Notes: generated by a model not told the origin, from the letters alone. A stretch of 53,552 nucleotides of DNA from Octopus bimaculoides (GCF_001194135.2 NC_068983.1:22842361-22895912); one strand, 5' to 3'; numbered from the stretch's first letter, positions 23,571-37,210 are shown. A program made the numbers and translations.

Positions 23571-23684
23571 GAAACTTGAAGTAGCTCATGTATAACGCCT
23601 GTATTCATCAAAGGGTATTTAACTCCCTTTGAATTGAATGTTTTTCACCTGATCTTAACAACAAGTGAACAGTATACTATACTC

Positions 23685-23755
<71 letters not shown>

Positions 23756-24931
23756 TTGCGTGTGTTACACACACACAGCAGAGAGGCCGTTACAAAGAAT
23801 AGATTATGTAATATAGATATATATCTAAAGTACTAAAAACATTCTTAGGGCGCTCCTAAACTATATTTGTAACATAACTATTTTATCTAATGCTACGCCA
23901 TTCAACAATTGCTATCAAGCATTTGCAGCACTTCTTTATTAAGTGCAATCGTATCTCAGAAGCCAACCTTCTGAGAATGTTGTAATCAACCCAACCAACC
24001 AACGATATGAGAAATGTTTACTTCCAATGTATTGGCAAGACTAACATCATACTTAAACAACCCTGCCATTTTTTGTCTTTCCTTTTCTTTCTTATTTTTT
24101 CCCCTATCTTTATTTATTTATTTATTTGTTGGGGGGTATCTACCTCCCCGCTTCCATTCTTCTTTATCAGAAGCCAGTAAATTATTTTACTCTGTTACTG
24201 GTTACACCCAATGAGCTCTGTCCAAGCTGGGACAGGCATGATCCTTTGTTACAAAAGCATTTCGTCTCTCGCTAGGCATAAACATTAGACACACGCAAGG
24301 ATGATTTTAAATTTACACACACGCGCGTGTGCGCGCACACATATATGTAAGTGTGTGTATAGAAAATAGAAAATAAACAAATATGATAAATTGTAAGATA
24401 TTTAGTTACATCATCTTACATCAGTTTTATTAACATAAGGTGCTTATTATTTATATAATGTAAATTACATAATCAAAACTTATGGTTAAATCGTCAGAGA
24501 CATATAACTTTTATACGTAACATTACAGGATTGAAAACATGCTGACAGAATCAGCTACTATGGAGATGGCAAGCGTCATGCATAAGAGTTACGTCACAGC
24601 ATTTACTTCGAAGAGTAAAGAATATTTCCCCGGGAAAATATCAGGTACCAACGACTTCTGCCGCATTGGAGTGTATTTTAAATAGGGATCACAAAGGATT
24701 ATTGATTTGCCAAATTTGCTCGAGTAGGTTAAGGATTTAAAACCACTGGCCAAGAAGAATGTGATGAAAAAGTGAAGATGAGCGTTGCTGTGCGTAACAT
24801 AGTTTTCACCTAACAAATTCCATTCACAAAGCGCAAGGTATCTGTGAACCCAAGGCTGCAGTAGAAGACATTTACCCAAGGTAACGTGCGGTGGGATCGA
24901 ACGTAGAATCATATAACTGCGAAATGAAATT

Positions 24932-25028
24932 CTGTGGAAGAGCGTAGGCTCGAAACGTTAAAGACTTTTTCACTTCCCGAGCTTTCTACACCACCTGTCT
25001 CCGTCTTTTATTTATTTTTGTGAATTCT

Positions 25029-25030
<2 letters not shown>
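24932..25030 (+). mobile_element. Second copy of the hammerhead-like Penelope-type repeat, followed by (TA)n
   Basis: CTGTGGAAGAGCGTAGGCTCGAAACGTTAAAGACT...TTCCCGAGC matches 212-265. Confidence 0.75.
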
Positions 25031-25069
<39 letters not shown>

Positions 25070-25767
25070 ACACGGTAGACGTGACTGGAGAGCCTTTGTT
25101 CATATATCATTTGTTCAGTCAACGTAGACCTAGGGTTAAACAACAATTTAGGACAGTGTCATTGTATGTTTATTTACCTATTTGATTTACCTTATAAAAT
25201 GATATTTCTACGTTCATTTTGTTCAGTTCACCTGAACATACGCTATGTCACCGCTTATAAATAGGCGCAGCAGTCATAACACAGTGTTTGCAAAGGCGAA
25301 TACAGGTTTTTAACGACAATAACAACAATTCCAATCACAAGAACAGTAACACTTTTTTTTACTGTAATATTTACATTAATTTCTAACACCAAACATTTGC
25401 TTAAATGATTGTGTAGTATAGGGAAATATTTTAATGTTTATTTGTTAGTTTTCTTCTTTTTTTTAATTTTGTTTTTCCACAAGAATAACATAACATGGAC
25501 AAATATTGATAAATTTACATTTGGTTGTTGAATTAATGCACTGAATATGTTTGGTCTAACAAGCTGCAAGTAAAGTATTTTTGAAGAGAGTAGGCGAAAA
25601 AGTAGATCAAGTTAGTATATTTATACCTAGGCTTGGTTTTTACTTTGCCGAAGCCAAGTGTAATGTTTCTCACTAACAATATTTATAAAAATCATAGATG
25701 GCTGTTTGTTGAACATATTTTATGTGTGTCAGACAAAGGGAAATGAGGTCGACCTGTTACAAAGTCA

Positions 25768-25791
25768 GCGGAAGTCGATGTGACCGGAAGT
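25768..25791 (+). promoter_or_regulatory. Tandem ETS-type motifs, candidate promoter
   Basis: GCGGAAGT and CCGGAAGT 16 bp apart in unique sequence. A candidate start exon (ATG 26208, MVTDQESTDATL, donor gtaagt at 26246) lies downstream. Confidence 0.35.
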
Positions 25792-26949
25792 TAATATACT
25801 ATAATAATACGAAAATTAATATTGATCGATTTGTCAGTATTGAACTTGATTTGTTTTGCTTTTAAACTCGTTAACAACCATAGCAGCAAGAATAGTTTTA
25901 CCACTAATGACTTTTTAATTGTTACAAAGCCAATTTTGAAGATAAGAATAAAAGACCAAGTGAGCCATTGCAAATTTGAATACATGAATGTTGTTCCAAC
26001 AACTGCATGGCTCACTCGGTAAAATTCTACGAGCTTGACTCAAGATCGTAAATCAGGTTAAAAATACAAGTTCGGTTAGTTTTGTTCAGAATCCTATCGC
26101 TACATTATACAGCGGCATCTGGTTTATGGTCAAAGGAAACGGCCATCTGTCAGTCTTTTAAGAATTCACCCCTCTTGATGCTTTTGTAAGACGCATGATC
26201 ACCAAAAATGGTCACTGACCAGGAATCTACAGATGCGACCCTGACGTAAGTGAAGGAGAAATTGTTTTAAAAAGGAACGAAAGTAAGGGTTTAAAACTGG
26301 CATACTGATTCAGATGAGATGGAACTTTTCTGTAGCAGTGGGCGCCTACCATTTTTGCATGGCGGACCACTTTCATGCAACGNNNNNNNNNNNNNNNNNN
26401 NNNNNNNNNNNNNNNNNNNNNNNNNNNNNNNNNNNNNNNNNNNNNNNNNNNNNNNNNNNNNNNNNNNNNNNNNNNNNNNNNNNNNNNNNNNNNNNNNNNN
26501 NNNNNNNNNNNNNNNNNNNNNNNNNNNNNNNNNNNNNNNNNNNNNNNNNNNNNNNNNNNNNNNNNNNNNNNNNNNNNNNNNNNNNNNNNNNNNNNNNNNN
26601 NNNNNNNNNNNNNNNNNNNNNNNNNNNNNNNNNNNNNNNNNNNNNNNNNNNNNNNNNNNNNNNNNNNNNNNNNNNNNNNNNNNNNNNNNNNNNNNNNNNN
26701 NNNNNNNNNNNNNNNNNNNNNNNNNNNNNNNNNNNNNNNNNNNNNNNNNNNNNNNNNNNNNNNNNNNNNNNNNNNNNNNNNNNNNNNNNAAACATATATA
26801 CGGCAACGTTCTTTATTATTATTGTATATATAACATAATGCAAACGTGTAGCTTTTTTGTGCACTTTGTTTGCAGAACATAAAGAAATAACAGTAATAAC
26901 GTCAGTGAAAAATAAATATTAAGTAAATTGCCTTTACATATTTATCCCT

Positions 26950-27065
26950 TAGAAAATTTTGCTTAGAAAATATTTCTCATTTTTAACCTCGTATGTAATA
27001 CGCACTGGAAATTTTGACCTTTAAATTTTGGGGGAAAAGTGCGGATTATACTCGAGGATTTACGG
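26950..27065 (+). mobile_element. One end of a pogo-like element
   Basis: Ends GCGGATTATACTCGAGGATTTACGG, the reverse complement of a CCGTAAATCCTCGAGTATAA-type TIR; the partner end is not seen (N gap nearby). Confidence 0.55.
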
Positions 27066-27609
27066 TTACCACAGGCCACCTTAAGTTCTTTCCTGTAACT
27101 CATTTTTGTGTGAATGTGTGTGTGTGTGTATTTGTGTGTGTGTGTATGTGTGTGTGTGTGTGTGTGTGAATGCATATATGAGTTTATGTACATTTATACA
27201 TGCATATACATATATCACACGCGCACGCACACACATACACACTGACTGTAATTTATCAACCTATATTTCTTTTTTGTTGATACCTGAGAAAATCGCAAAA
27301 AATAACAAACAAATTACACGACTCTGACTTAGTTTCAACTAATTCTAGTAGATGTTTCAACTGGAAGCTGTCAGAATGTCTTCCCTTTCTGCTCCTTATT
27401 TTGACACTCTGATAGGTAACGTAAGCATGCTTTCGAGTAAGCGTTTACTTATTAGAACAATCACCACATAAATGAGGTAAACATCTAAATCCATTCATTT
27501 AGTCATTAACTTCCAGTTTTCTGGTTATATCATTTTCCCAAAAGAAAAGCTGTCTTCCAGTTTACTTTTTTTTTCTTTTCTTTTTCATTTACCCAGAAGA
27601 AAAGGCATG

Positions 27610-28132
27610 TGATTAGAATATCGCAAGACAGATTTTTCAAGCCAACCAGCAGGAGACATTGGGGGTAAGCCAAGAGCAAGATGGCTGGATAATAACCAGT
27701 CTCAACTGGCCACGCTTGGGAATCCAACCGGAAGGTTCGCAACTATGAACATATGAATAGAATGTCGCAGGAATGAATCGCAAGGCGAGTTCTTCAAGCC
27801 GAACCAACTGGCAGGACTTCAGTCACGTTTGGGAATCCAACCAGAAAGTCCGGTACTACGGAAATGAGATTAGAATGTTGTAGGAAAGTATCGCAAGACG
27901 GATTCTTCAAGCCAAGCCAATCACCAGGAAATCTAGAGGTAGACCAAGAATGAGATAGTTGGATAATATCTGTTGTCTCACTTAGTCATTTTTGGTAATC
28001 TCAGCCGGAAAGTGTAATGATAGTTGCTTCTTATAGGCCCTTCTTGAGGAGATGCCTGAGGATTCTGCCACCACGGCCCTCCCAGAAATAGTGGGCGGAG
28101 AAGATGGATGGATGGATGGATGGATGGATGGA
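27610..28132 (+). mobile_element. RTE-type LINE 3' end with (GATG)n tail and internal triplication
   Basis: ARRILQAKPITRKSRGRPRMR...LPPRPSQK reading; ATCGCAAG..GA.TT.TTCAAGCC occurs three times. Confidence 0.75.
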
Positions 28133-28559
28133 GAAAGCATTGTTCATGATTCTTTTAAAGTGCCTTCATGATTGGTGGTTAATAGAGAGAGAGAGAGAGA
28201 ACAATAGGAATTATCCTCAAACCGAAAACCTAGTTTGAATGCTTCCAACAGTGTGGAGTCCACTAAAGGCACCAAAGGTGAGAGATGCTGGCGTTAAATT
28301 AGGCGACGAGATTCCGTCTGTCACTCAAGTACGCCATGGTAGGATTTGAACTCAGAACGAAAAGATCCGAAAGAAATACTGCAAAGCATCCAATCTAACG
28401 TTCTTACACTTCTGCTAATCCATGCCCTAGTTTGGTAATATTTCAGTCTCGAAAGGATGAAAGGCAAAGCTGGAAGTCGGGACAACCACCGCAAGGTATT
28501 CACTTCCACGCTAGAAGACTCTGCCAATGCACTGCCCAGCATGTGTTACCCTTTACCTA

Positions 28560-28945
28560 TTATTTGTTTTAATCATTGGATTGCTTCCATGCTGGGGCAT
28601 CGACTTGAAGGGTTTGGTCCCAGTGCTTATTTTTCTGAGTCTGGTGCTTAATCTGTCAGTCTCTTTCACCGAACCGTTAAGTTACATGGACGTTAACAAA
28701 CCAATACCGGTTGACAAGCTGTGGCGGTGAATATACACAAACACAAAGCCACACAGAAATGTATAAGTTTACATGCAACGGGCTTCCATACTGTTTCCGT
28801 ATAACAAATTTACTCACAAGGCATTGGTCGGACCAGAGCAATTGTAGAAGACACTTGCCCGAGGTATTACGCAGTGGCACAGAATCCGAAACTATGTGCT
28901 TGAATAACGAATTTGTTAGACCATACAACCATGCCTGCGTCTACA
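28560..28945 (-). mobile_element. SINE family A, older copy
   Basis: CATGCTGGGGCATCGAC...ACGGGCTTCC...TAGAAGACACTTGCCCGAGG...ACAACCATGCCTGCG. Confidence 0.8.
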
Positions 28946-31671
28946 TTGCATTGTACAAGAAATATTTGTGAGGCTAAATATAAATCAGAATAGCCGTATA
29001 GACCAGCATTTAATATTTTGACTGCACCAACCAATATACCGGCAATATAGCTTCCAAGAACAATAAAATAATATTACATCTATATTATTTCCTTCCCATG
29101 CATGTTAAATCTAACTCTTTTGGAAAATATTTTATGCAGGCTATATGCTTCATGCAGACAAAATGGCATCACAAAGGCAGAATTTGTTTCTTCAAAGCCA
29201 AAATATGCTCCAGTCCTGAACGGTTGCCAAGTTTTAACTTAGCACAAATATGGCCCATTGAAGAACATTGCTCATATATTTGCGACCAATGCAAACGCAT
29301 TCCCAGACTTAATTCAGCAAATAGTTAAAAGCTTACCGACAACCAGATCTACTGACACTAACACTTTCAACTACAAAATAATGGAACCGCTCTACAGTCA
29401 CTCGGCGTGTTAGAAATAGTGACCAAATCTTACATCGTGTCCTACAGCTTTAAATTAAAGAAACGAAAAGGAAGACATGCTGGATAATGTATTATTTGTT
29501 GCACAGAAAGAAGGGCTGTCACGATTAGAATGCTTTCGGTCATATGTGTTGTTAATCAAGACTTGTCTGGAGCTAAAAATTAACGAATTTGCGGATTAGT
29601 CATGATACAAATCTGTTGTGGGATTGATTGTATCAGTGATCAAGTCGCAGAAAGCCAAGAAATTAGTATTAAGAAATAAACGATAAGTTAGTATTGAGTT
29701 CAAATTTTGGCTCAAGACCAGCAGTTTTGGAGTGGAGTTGTGTCGATTAAATCAACTCCAGTCCTCAACTGGTACTTATTTTGTCGACCCTGAAAGGATG
29801 AGAGGCAAAGGTAACCTCGGCAGAATTTGAACTCAGAATGTAAAGACGGACGAAATATCACTAAGCATTTTGCCCGGCGTCCTAACGATTGTACCGACTC
29901 GTCGCCTTATAACGAGAAGTTAATTTATATAGCTGGGTTTGCCTGTTTGTTTCTGCTACATCTACTGAAATAATATCTGTTCCTCTAGATTTAACAATGC
30001 TATTCCGAGCCCATCAGCCACAATGAATTACCTCTTCTTTGTCTTGTATAAAATCCTTAATCCAAATAACTTCCCAAAGCAGGATTCTCTGGACCACTCT
30101 TTCTGTCCTACTACCACCAATCATAGCAGTAGTAGAGCAGAGCAAACGTAATGCAATCGTCATGATCCCTATAGATTCTGATTAATGTTAGAAAGTGCAA
30201 CACAACATAGAGGGGACAGTTTCGGCAAGCCGAGCCCTGGGTACAGGGAAGGCACCATGCTGATATTATCTCATAATAACTTTGTTGTTCCGATCAAAGC
30301 AGACCTGTTATACCTTGAGCCACAGAGAGGGTCCCTATGTGATCGCCCAACCTATTAGAAACAGAAGCAAAATTACCTTCAAATTACATCCTACCATCTT
30401 GAAAGAGAAGGACAAATTGTATAATACAGTTCTAGGAGTTTAATGCCTCCCCGCAAAAAAAAAATGGGATTAGATGGGATGGTCATGGCGGGAAACCTTT
30501 GATTATAGATATCTTTTTATTTTTCATTGGTTTGATCTGGCGGAAGGACCCGTGCCGATGGTCTTGGTACGTTAACATACGTTCATTATCGACTCTGGAA
30601 GGATGAAAGCCAAAAGTGATCTCGCTTTGAGTTGATCTCAAAACACAAAATAAATAAATAAATTTTTAAAAAAACAAAGAATAAAAGAAAATCTAAAAGA
30701 AATTGCACGAAGCATTTCATCTGACGCTCCAACACTTGCGACACTTTTACTGTTACAGACTGAACGAGAAACATACAAACATACATACAAATCGATGACC
30801 TCCACTACTGCTGGGATCGATGCCGTTAATGTTCTTGAGTTGTTGCAAATAAACAACTGTACGAAAAATATGTACAAGGAGGGAGGAATTCCAGAAGATC
30901 GATGTTTTGCGTATTGGCAATTAGTGCGAGACTTGAAGGGTTAGACACGACACGGATGACGTGAAGCGGAGAGACGAGTGCGTGGGAATTGCCTGAGTGT
31001 GGGGGAGGGGGTAGTTCGAGACTAGCTATATCTGAGAAACAGAGGTCATTGTAGTAGAGTCAGAGGAGAAAAAGATACAGACAGACTGACAGAAAGACAG
31101 AAACAGAGATAGTACATATGTGTGGTCAGTGTTTGAAAAGCGATTTATAGTGACTTCGTACAAATCAGTCGAACGCTAGATCTGAGGTTAAACACGTAAT
31201 ATTTTATGGAGTTAGCTTACTAAAATATATATAAAAAAAAAAAAGAAAACATCACCAAAAAATGTACGAGCTGACATATTAGACACCAAACAGATCGTTT
31301 AATGCACCATATAGCAATGCAGAAATGAAAAGAGTAAGACGAATAATACATGGTGTGTGAATGGTTACAGTAATGTCAGCTTTATTGAAAGTTTAAGTTG
31401 AGGAATTTACTTTATAAACTTCAGCACATCGTATTTTAAGTTATTTATTACTTTTAGTGTTACAACTTACTCTGTTCGTTCTCTTGAAATGTGCTAGGCG
31501 ATATCTTATCATACACTAGATTACTTAATAACCTAATGCATCTAATTCCTATGCAAACAAGATAAAGGTGACACCTAAATGAGTATTGAATACAAATTCT
31601 AGTTCAGTAAAAGCGTATACACCTCTTACATATATTAAACTTGTAAATGGTGATGATGATAAAAGTTTAAA

Positions 31672-31738
<67 letters not shown>

Positions 31739-31898
31739 CGTGACAATGATAATAATAATCCTTTCTACTATAGGGAGAAGGGTCTGAAAAGGTGCGGGAG
31801 GGTATAGTCGATTACATCGACTACAGTGTTTCACTGGTACTTAATTTAACGATCTCGAAGGAATGAGAGGCAAAGTCGATCTCGGCGGAATTTGAACT

Positions 31899-32165
31899 GT
31901 GCATCTCTGATCTCGAGCAGGAGTAGTGTGGGAGCCATGTGTTGAGAGGAATTCTTTGGTGTTGGAATAATTCACCTCAGTAAACATGGATGCTTCGTTC
32001 ATTGATAAGAGATTACCATATTGCGCACATGTGGCTGTGATGCATATGCCTAGTGTACCCTTATCAGACGGGTAGTCATGATGGGTACATTGGGCTTTGT
32101 TTATTTTTTACACCAGTGTCACTTTGCTGGCATGCGCTACTTTCTCACTCAATAATAATAATAAC
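31899..32165 (+). mobile_element. Repeat family F fragment ending in (AAT)n, probable non-LTR 3' UTR
   Basis: Matches 42600-42980 with an internal deletion; GTACCCTTATCAGACGGGTAGTCATGATGGGT...CTCACTC(AAT)n. Confidence 0.75.
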
Positions 32166-32166
32166 A

Positions 32167-32211
<45 letters not shown>

Positions 32212-32284
32212 GTTGTTGTTGTTGTTGTTGTTGTTTCTACCTTATGATAGTTATCCTTGTCATTGCGTTACTTAGCCCGTCGTT

Positions 32285-32580
32285 AACGCTTTCACGTGAT
32301 TAGAGAAAAAGAGGAAAAAAGAAAAGGAGAGAGAGAAAAAGAGGGAGAGAGAAGCGTCTTTGGCGTGAGGTAGGGGAAATGTAACTGTAACTCTTTCACG
32401 TGATTAGTTGAAGGGAAAGAGATCATAAAGAAAAAAGGAGAGAGAAAAAGGGGATAAGGCAAAGAGTGAGACAGAAAGAGGGAGAAAGAAAGAGAGAGAG
32501 AGAGAAAAGCGTCCATGGTGTGAGGTAGGGGGGGAACGTAATATTTATTACGTGGTTAAAAAAGTTAGTTGAAGGTAGAG
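32285..32580 (+). repeat. Degenerate GA-rich tandem unit (about 100-140 bp, about 2.3 copies)
   Basis: CTTTCACGTGATTAG ... AAGCGTCYWTGGYGTGAGGTAGGGG recurs. Confidence 0.6.
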
Positions 32581-33139
32581 GAGAGTTAAAAATATAATTT
32601 TAGCAGAGAGGTGATGTTCTGATGGTGAGGTTAAAGAAGGGCACAGAGAAAGAGAGAGAGGGGGAGGGGAGCAAGAGGGGAAAAGAGAGAGGAGGGGAGC
32701 GAGAGAGGAAGAGAGAGATGATGGTGGTGGTGGTGGTGGTAGTGGTGATTGGATAGTAAAAAGAGTAATTTTTTTTATAATTGAACTAAGCTTTTTATAT
32801 CACCTATTACGCTTATTTACGTTGCAGATATATGCAATTTAACTAAAGGTTGTATCATATGTACTGGATATTTTTTTGTTTGTTTGTTTATGGGAAAATG
32901 GAAAAATTAGAGTGAACATTTATTTTATGAGTGCTGTGTATTAAGGCTGTAAAACTGTGCATGAAGTATATAAAGTGTATATATAAAGTGCATTCAATAC
33001 TCATTGTATTCCAATTTCTTTCACTTTTCAATGAGTAGCAGATGAGTGACTATCTTTCCATACAGTCACAATATACGTTACGCTTTCAGAACCCAATAGG
33101 TTTACCATTAATTCTATGAAATATTCACGGATCCCGCTA

Positions 33140-33184
<45 letters not shown>

Positions 33185-33589
33185 NNNNNNNNNNNNNNNN
33201 NNNNNNNNNNNNNNNNNNNNNNNNNNNNNNNNNNNNNNNNNNNNNNNNNNNNNNNNNNNNNNNNNNNNNNNNNNNNNNNNNNNNNNNNNNNNNNNNNNNN
33301 NNNNNNNNNNNNNNNNNNNNNNNNNNNNNNNNNNNNNNNNNNNNNNNNNNNNNNNNNNNNNNNNNNNNNNNNNNNNNNNNNNNNNNNNNNNNNNNNNNNN
33401 NNNNNNNNNNNNNNNNNNNNNNNNNNNNNNNNNNTATTATGTAAAAGATAAATAAAAAATAAATTCGCAGGGGAATGAAAGATTCCTAAAGACTTGATAA
33501 ACTAAAAAGACGAAACTTTGAATAATGTTAGCTCAAAATAAATTTGTAGAACTGACACTATATGGATGTTGCAATCAATCAATTCTAAC

Positions 33590-33595
33590 AAAAAA
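33590..33595 (-). terminator. Pol III terminator (T6) 12 nt downstream of the tRNA
   Basis: A6 on the plus strand at the expected distance. Confidence 0.75.
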
Positions 33596-33607
33596 TAATT
33601 TTATTTG

Positions 33608-33680
33608 CGACCACAACGAGACTCGAACTCGCAATCTTCTGATTCGAAGTCAGACGCCTTATCCATTAGGCCATGCGGCC
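33608..33680 (-). tRNA. tRNA-Arg-TCG: tRNA-Arg, anticodon UCG, intronless
   Basis: GGCCGCA TG GCCT AATGGATA AGGC G TCTGA CT TCG AA TCAGA AGATT GCGAG TTCGAGT CTCGT TGTGGTC G: 73 nt, all four stems pair, intact A and B boxes. Confidence 0.96.
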
Positions 33681-34025
33681 ACCTGTCACTTGCTGCTTAA
33701 ATTACTTGTAATATATTTAATTTAATTTTTTATTATTTTAATTGCTTGTTTATATTTTTGTTGTTTTTCAAGAGTATATGGAATGACGTCATAGCATATA
33801 TACTCATATCATTAGCAAGCTGAATACTCGGAGTTGCCCAGAAAATAAAGCCCTCCGTTTCAAAGTGTTGAAAAAGAATCAAAGTATAGTTATTCTATCA
33901 AACACAACGTTCGGTTGTATTCTTCATAACAAGAGATTGACGAAGCAAAGAAAGAAAGATTTTTCCACCGTAAGAATACATATAAACATTGTGGCGTAGC
34001 TACACAATTGTACCCCCAACACTAT

Positions 34026-34403
34026 CGACATTGTTTATCTCGTAACTTTCTGAAAATGGATATTTTTGTAAGGAAATTTTTTACAGCTATCTTTCAGATG
34101 CTGTAGATTACGATTATATCGGAATTTAATGCGAAAAAAAAGTGGGGAGGGAAGAAAACATTGGTGAGTGTGCACACACATACTGACAATTATTACATAT
34201 ATACAAATATATACAAAATAAACTTGAAATCTTGAAAGCATTATATGATGTGTGGCAGTAAAGTATGTGTGCACACCCACCAAGTTTTCTTTCACATTAA
34301 ATTCCGATTTAATCGTAATCTAAATCATGTGAAAGGATTTTGTAGCAAATTTCATTTAAAAATACCCGTTTTTTTTCTGAAAGTTATGAGCAAATAGTGT
34401 CAA
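34026..34403. mobile_element. Foldback/MITE with about 155-bp imperfect arms and about 75-bp spacer
   Basis: TAGATTACGATTATATCGGAATTTAATGCGAAA vs TTTCACATTAAATTCCGATTTAATCGTAATCTA, and AGAAAACATTGGTGAGTGTGCACACACATACT vs AGTATGTGTGCACACCCACCAAGTTTTCT. Confidence 0.8.
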
Positions 34404-34924
34404 GAAGGACATACTCATGTACGTATGCTAAACATTGTTCTATTTTACAGTAAGTGAGCATCTAACATTCAGCTATTCTTTAAAGAATCATGCTTCTCTT
34501 CCAGTTACAGTCCCGCTAGCTTCAACAGCGTCTCGTGTTTGTTGATAGACCTTGCAAAGATTGTGGTGTAATCATGTCACCTATCATGTGGCTTAACTAC
34601 TTCCGATTTAGATATGTCTTCTTCATGCTATACGTATAATTTGCAGCTCGAGCGAAGCAGGAAGCTCTACGCACATACAACGTTATCTTAGGGTCAATAT
34701 CGCAGGACACAACCAAACTGTCTTTCCTACCAAAAAGTAAACCGATCCAGCAGAGACCAAATTGGCAACTTAGCATCGTTTTGATTAGCTATAGCTGGCC
34801 CGTTAAATGAGGGGCTCAGTAACTTCTTATCTTAGCCCATTTCTGCAATATTTCAAGGAACTTCAAATAAGAATTAGATCAGAGAAGTAGCTGATTCTGG
34901 CCAACATTAGTGTATTTACACACA

Positions 34925-34985
<61 letters not shown>

Positions 34986-35894
34986 NNNNNNNNNNNNNNN
35001 NNNNNNNNNNNNNNNNNNNNNNNNNNNNNNNNNNNNNNNNNNNNNNNNNNNNNNNNNNNNNNNNNNNNNNNNNNNNNNNNNNNNNNNNNNNNNNNNNNNN
35101 NNNNNNNNNNNNNNNNNNNNNNNNNNNNNNNNNNNNNNNNNNNNNNNNNNNNNNNNNNNNNNNNNNNNNNNNNNNNNNNNNNNNNNNNNNNNNNNNNNNN
35201 NNNNNNNNNNNNNNNNNNNNNNNNNNNNNNNNNNNNNNNNNNNNNNNTACAAATGAGCTGTCGTATACACACATTACAACAAAAACATATTCATTTCAAG
35301 CAGAAAAGACGTTCAAACATGAAATGAAAAAGAGTTTTTTTGTTGTTGTTGTTGTTGTCTTTTATCGTAATGTGCATATATTTGTTTAGAATCACTTCTT
35401 TAAAAAAATTAGTTCTTGCTTTCTAATACCTTTCTACTTGTTTGACCTTAAACTCTAAAAGGATGAAAAAAAAAATTGATTTTAAAATACATTTCTTTAT
35501 ATTTATTTCCACACATTGAACTTTCTCTGATTGAAATGATTGAAATGCTAAGGATTCTAAGAACGAATACAGCTTATCCTTTGCTATACCCAGAAAGTAC
35601 TATAGCCTCAATAACATGGCGCATGAGCTTCTTAAAAGCTCGTTAGTCTTATACCGTTGCACAGTATAGTCATGGTAGATCCAAGTCACAAAGGTACATG
35701 ATAGGTAATCCTACTTTAAGATTGAGACAGTGACATGGGAATCAAGTCGGGCCCAGTGAACGTAGAAACTGCATGCAATAGTTGACACTTGAGTCTGGAC
35801 CAGAACTGTGTCAACTTGTAGCAGTGAACGTTACTAGAATAGACAGCTGTTGCATCAGATACTGTCACACTAAAAGTTACATGTATTCTTTTTT

Positions 35895-36155
35895 CTTTTA
35901 TACCTTTTCTTGGTTCAGTTATTTGACTGCGGCCTTACTGGAGCACCGCCTTAAGGGGGTTTTTTTCTAGTCGAAGAAATCGGCCCTAGGACTTATTCTT
36001 TGTAAGCCTAATACTTATTCTATCGGTCTGTTTTGCCGAACCGTGGGGTTACAGGGGCATAAACACACCAACATCAGTTGTCAAGCGATGATGGGAAGGG
36101 AGGACAAAGACAGACACAAAGACACTCACATAAATACAAACACACACGCGCGCAC

Positions 36156-36198
<43 letters not shown>

Positions 36199-37210
36199 CT
36201 TGGAAGAGGATGCGTGGCGTTCAATCATATAATNNNNNNNNNNNNNNNNNNNNNNNNNNNNNNNNNNNNNNNNNNNNNNNNNNNNNNNNNNNNNNNNNNN
36301 NNNNNNNNNNNNNNNNNNNNNNNNNNNNNNNNNNNNNNNNNNNNNNNNNNNNNNNNNNNNNNNNNNNNNNNNNNNNNNNNNNNNNNNNNNNNNNNNNNNN
36401 NNNNNNNNNNNNNNNNNNNNNNNNNNNNNNNNNNNNNNNNNNNNNNNNNNNNNNNNNNNNNNNNNNNNNNNNNNNNNNNNNNNNNNNNNNNNNNNNNNNN
36501 NNNNNNNNNNNNNNNNNNNNNNNNNNNNNNNNNNNNNNNNNNNNNNNNNNNNNNNNNNNNNNNNNNNNNNNNNNNNNNNNNNNNNNNNNNNNNNNNNNNN
36601 NNNNNNNNNNNNNNNNNNNNNNNNNNNNNNNNNNNNNNNNNNNNNNNNNNNNNNNNNNNNNNNNNNNNNNNNNNNNNNNNNNNNNNNNNNNNNNNNNNNN
36701 NNNNNNNNNNNNNNNNNNNNNNNNNNNNNNNNNNNNNNNNNNNNNNNNNNNNNNNNNNNNNNNNNNNNNNNNNNNNNNNNNNNNNNNNNNNNNNNNNNNN
36801 NNNNNNNNNNNNNNNNNNNNNNNNNNNNNNNNNNNNNNNNNNNNNNNNNNNNNNNNNNNNNNNNNNNNNNNNNNNNNNNNNNNNTATAAGTTGTTAGCTG
36901 TTTCTTCTAGTCTCGTATTTCGAACATTTAACAACAATATACACTTTCGATAAAACAGCTGCTCCCGCAAAGCAAATTAAATAAAATTTGGGATTTTGCG
37001 GAGGATCAAAATTGGTAACAGAAGCAGGACAGTGAAAACAAACAGGAAGAGCTGCTAAGCCTAAACGTGGTTGTGGTGGCGAACGCGTAAATCAAGCTTG
37101 GACAGGAGACAGACAAGAACACGTCTTCCTACAATGTATGTATGTATGTATACGACGGGCTTCTTTCAGTTTCCGTCTATCATATCTACCCACAAGGCTT
37201 TGGTCGGAAT
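35895..37210 (-). mobile_element. SINE family A split at its internal (TA)n by an unrelated, Penelope-like insert (about 36199-37130, mostly N gap)
   Basis: 3' half at 35895-36198; 5' part resumes at ATACGACGGGCTTCTTTCAG. The insert contains a degenerate CTGCTAAGCC...GGCGAACGCGTA motif. Confidence 0.65.
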
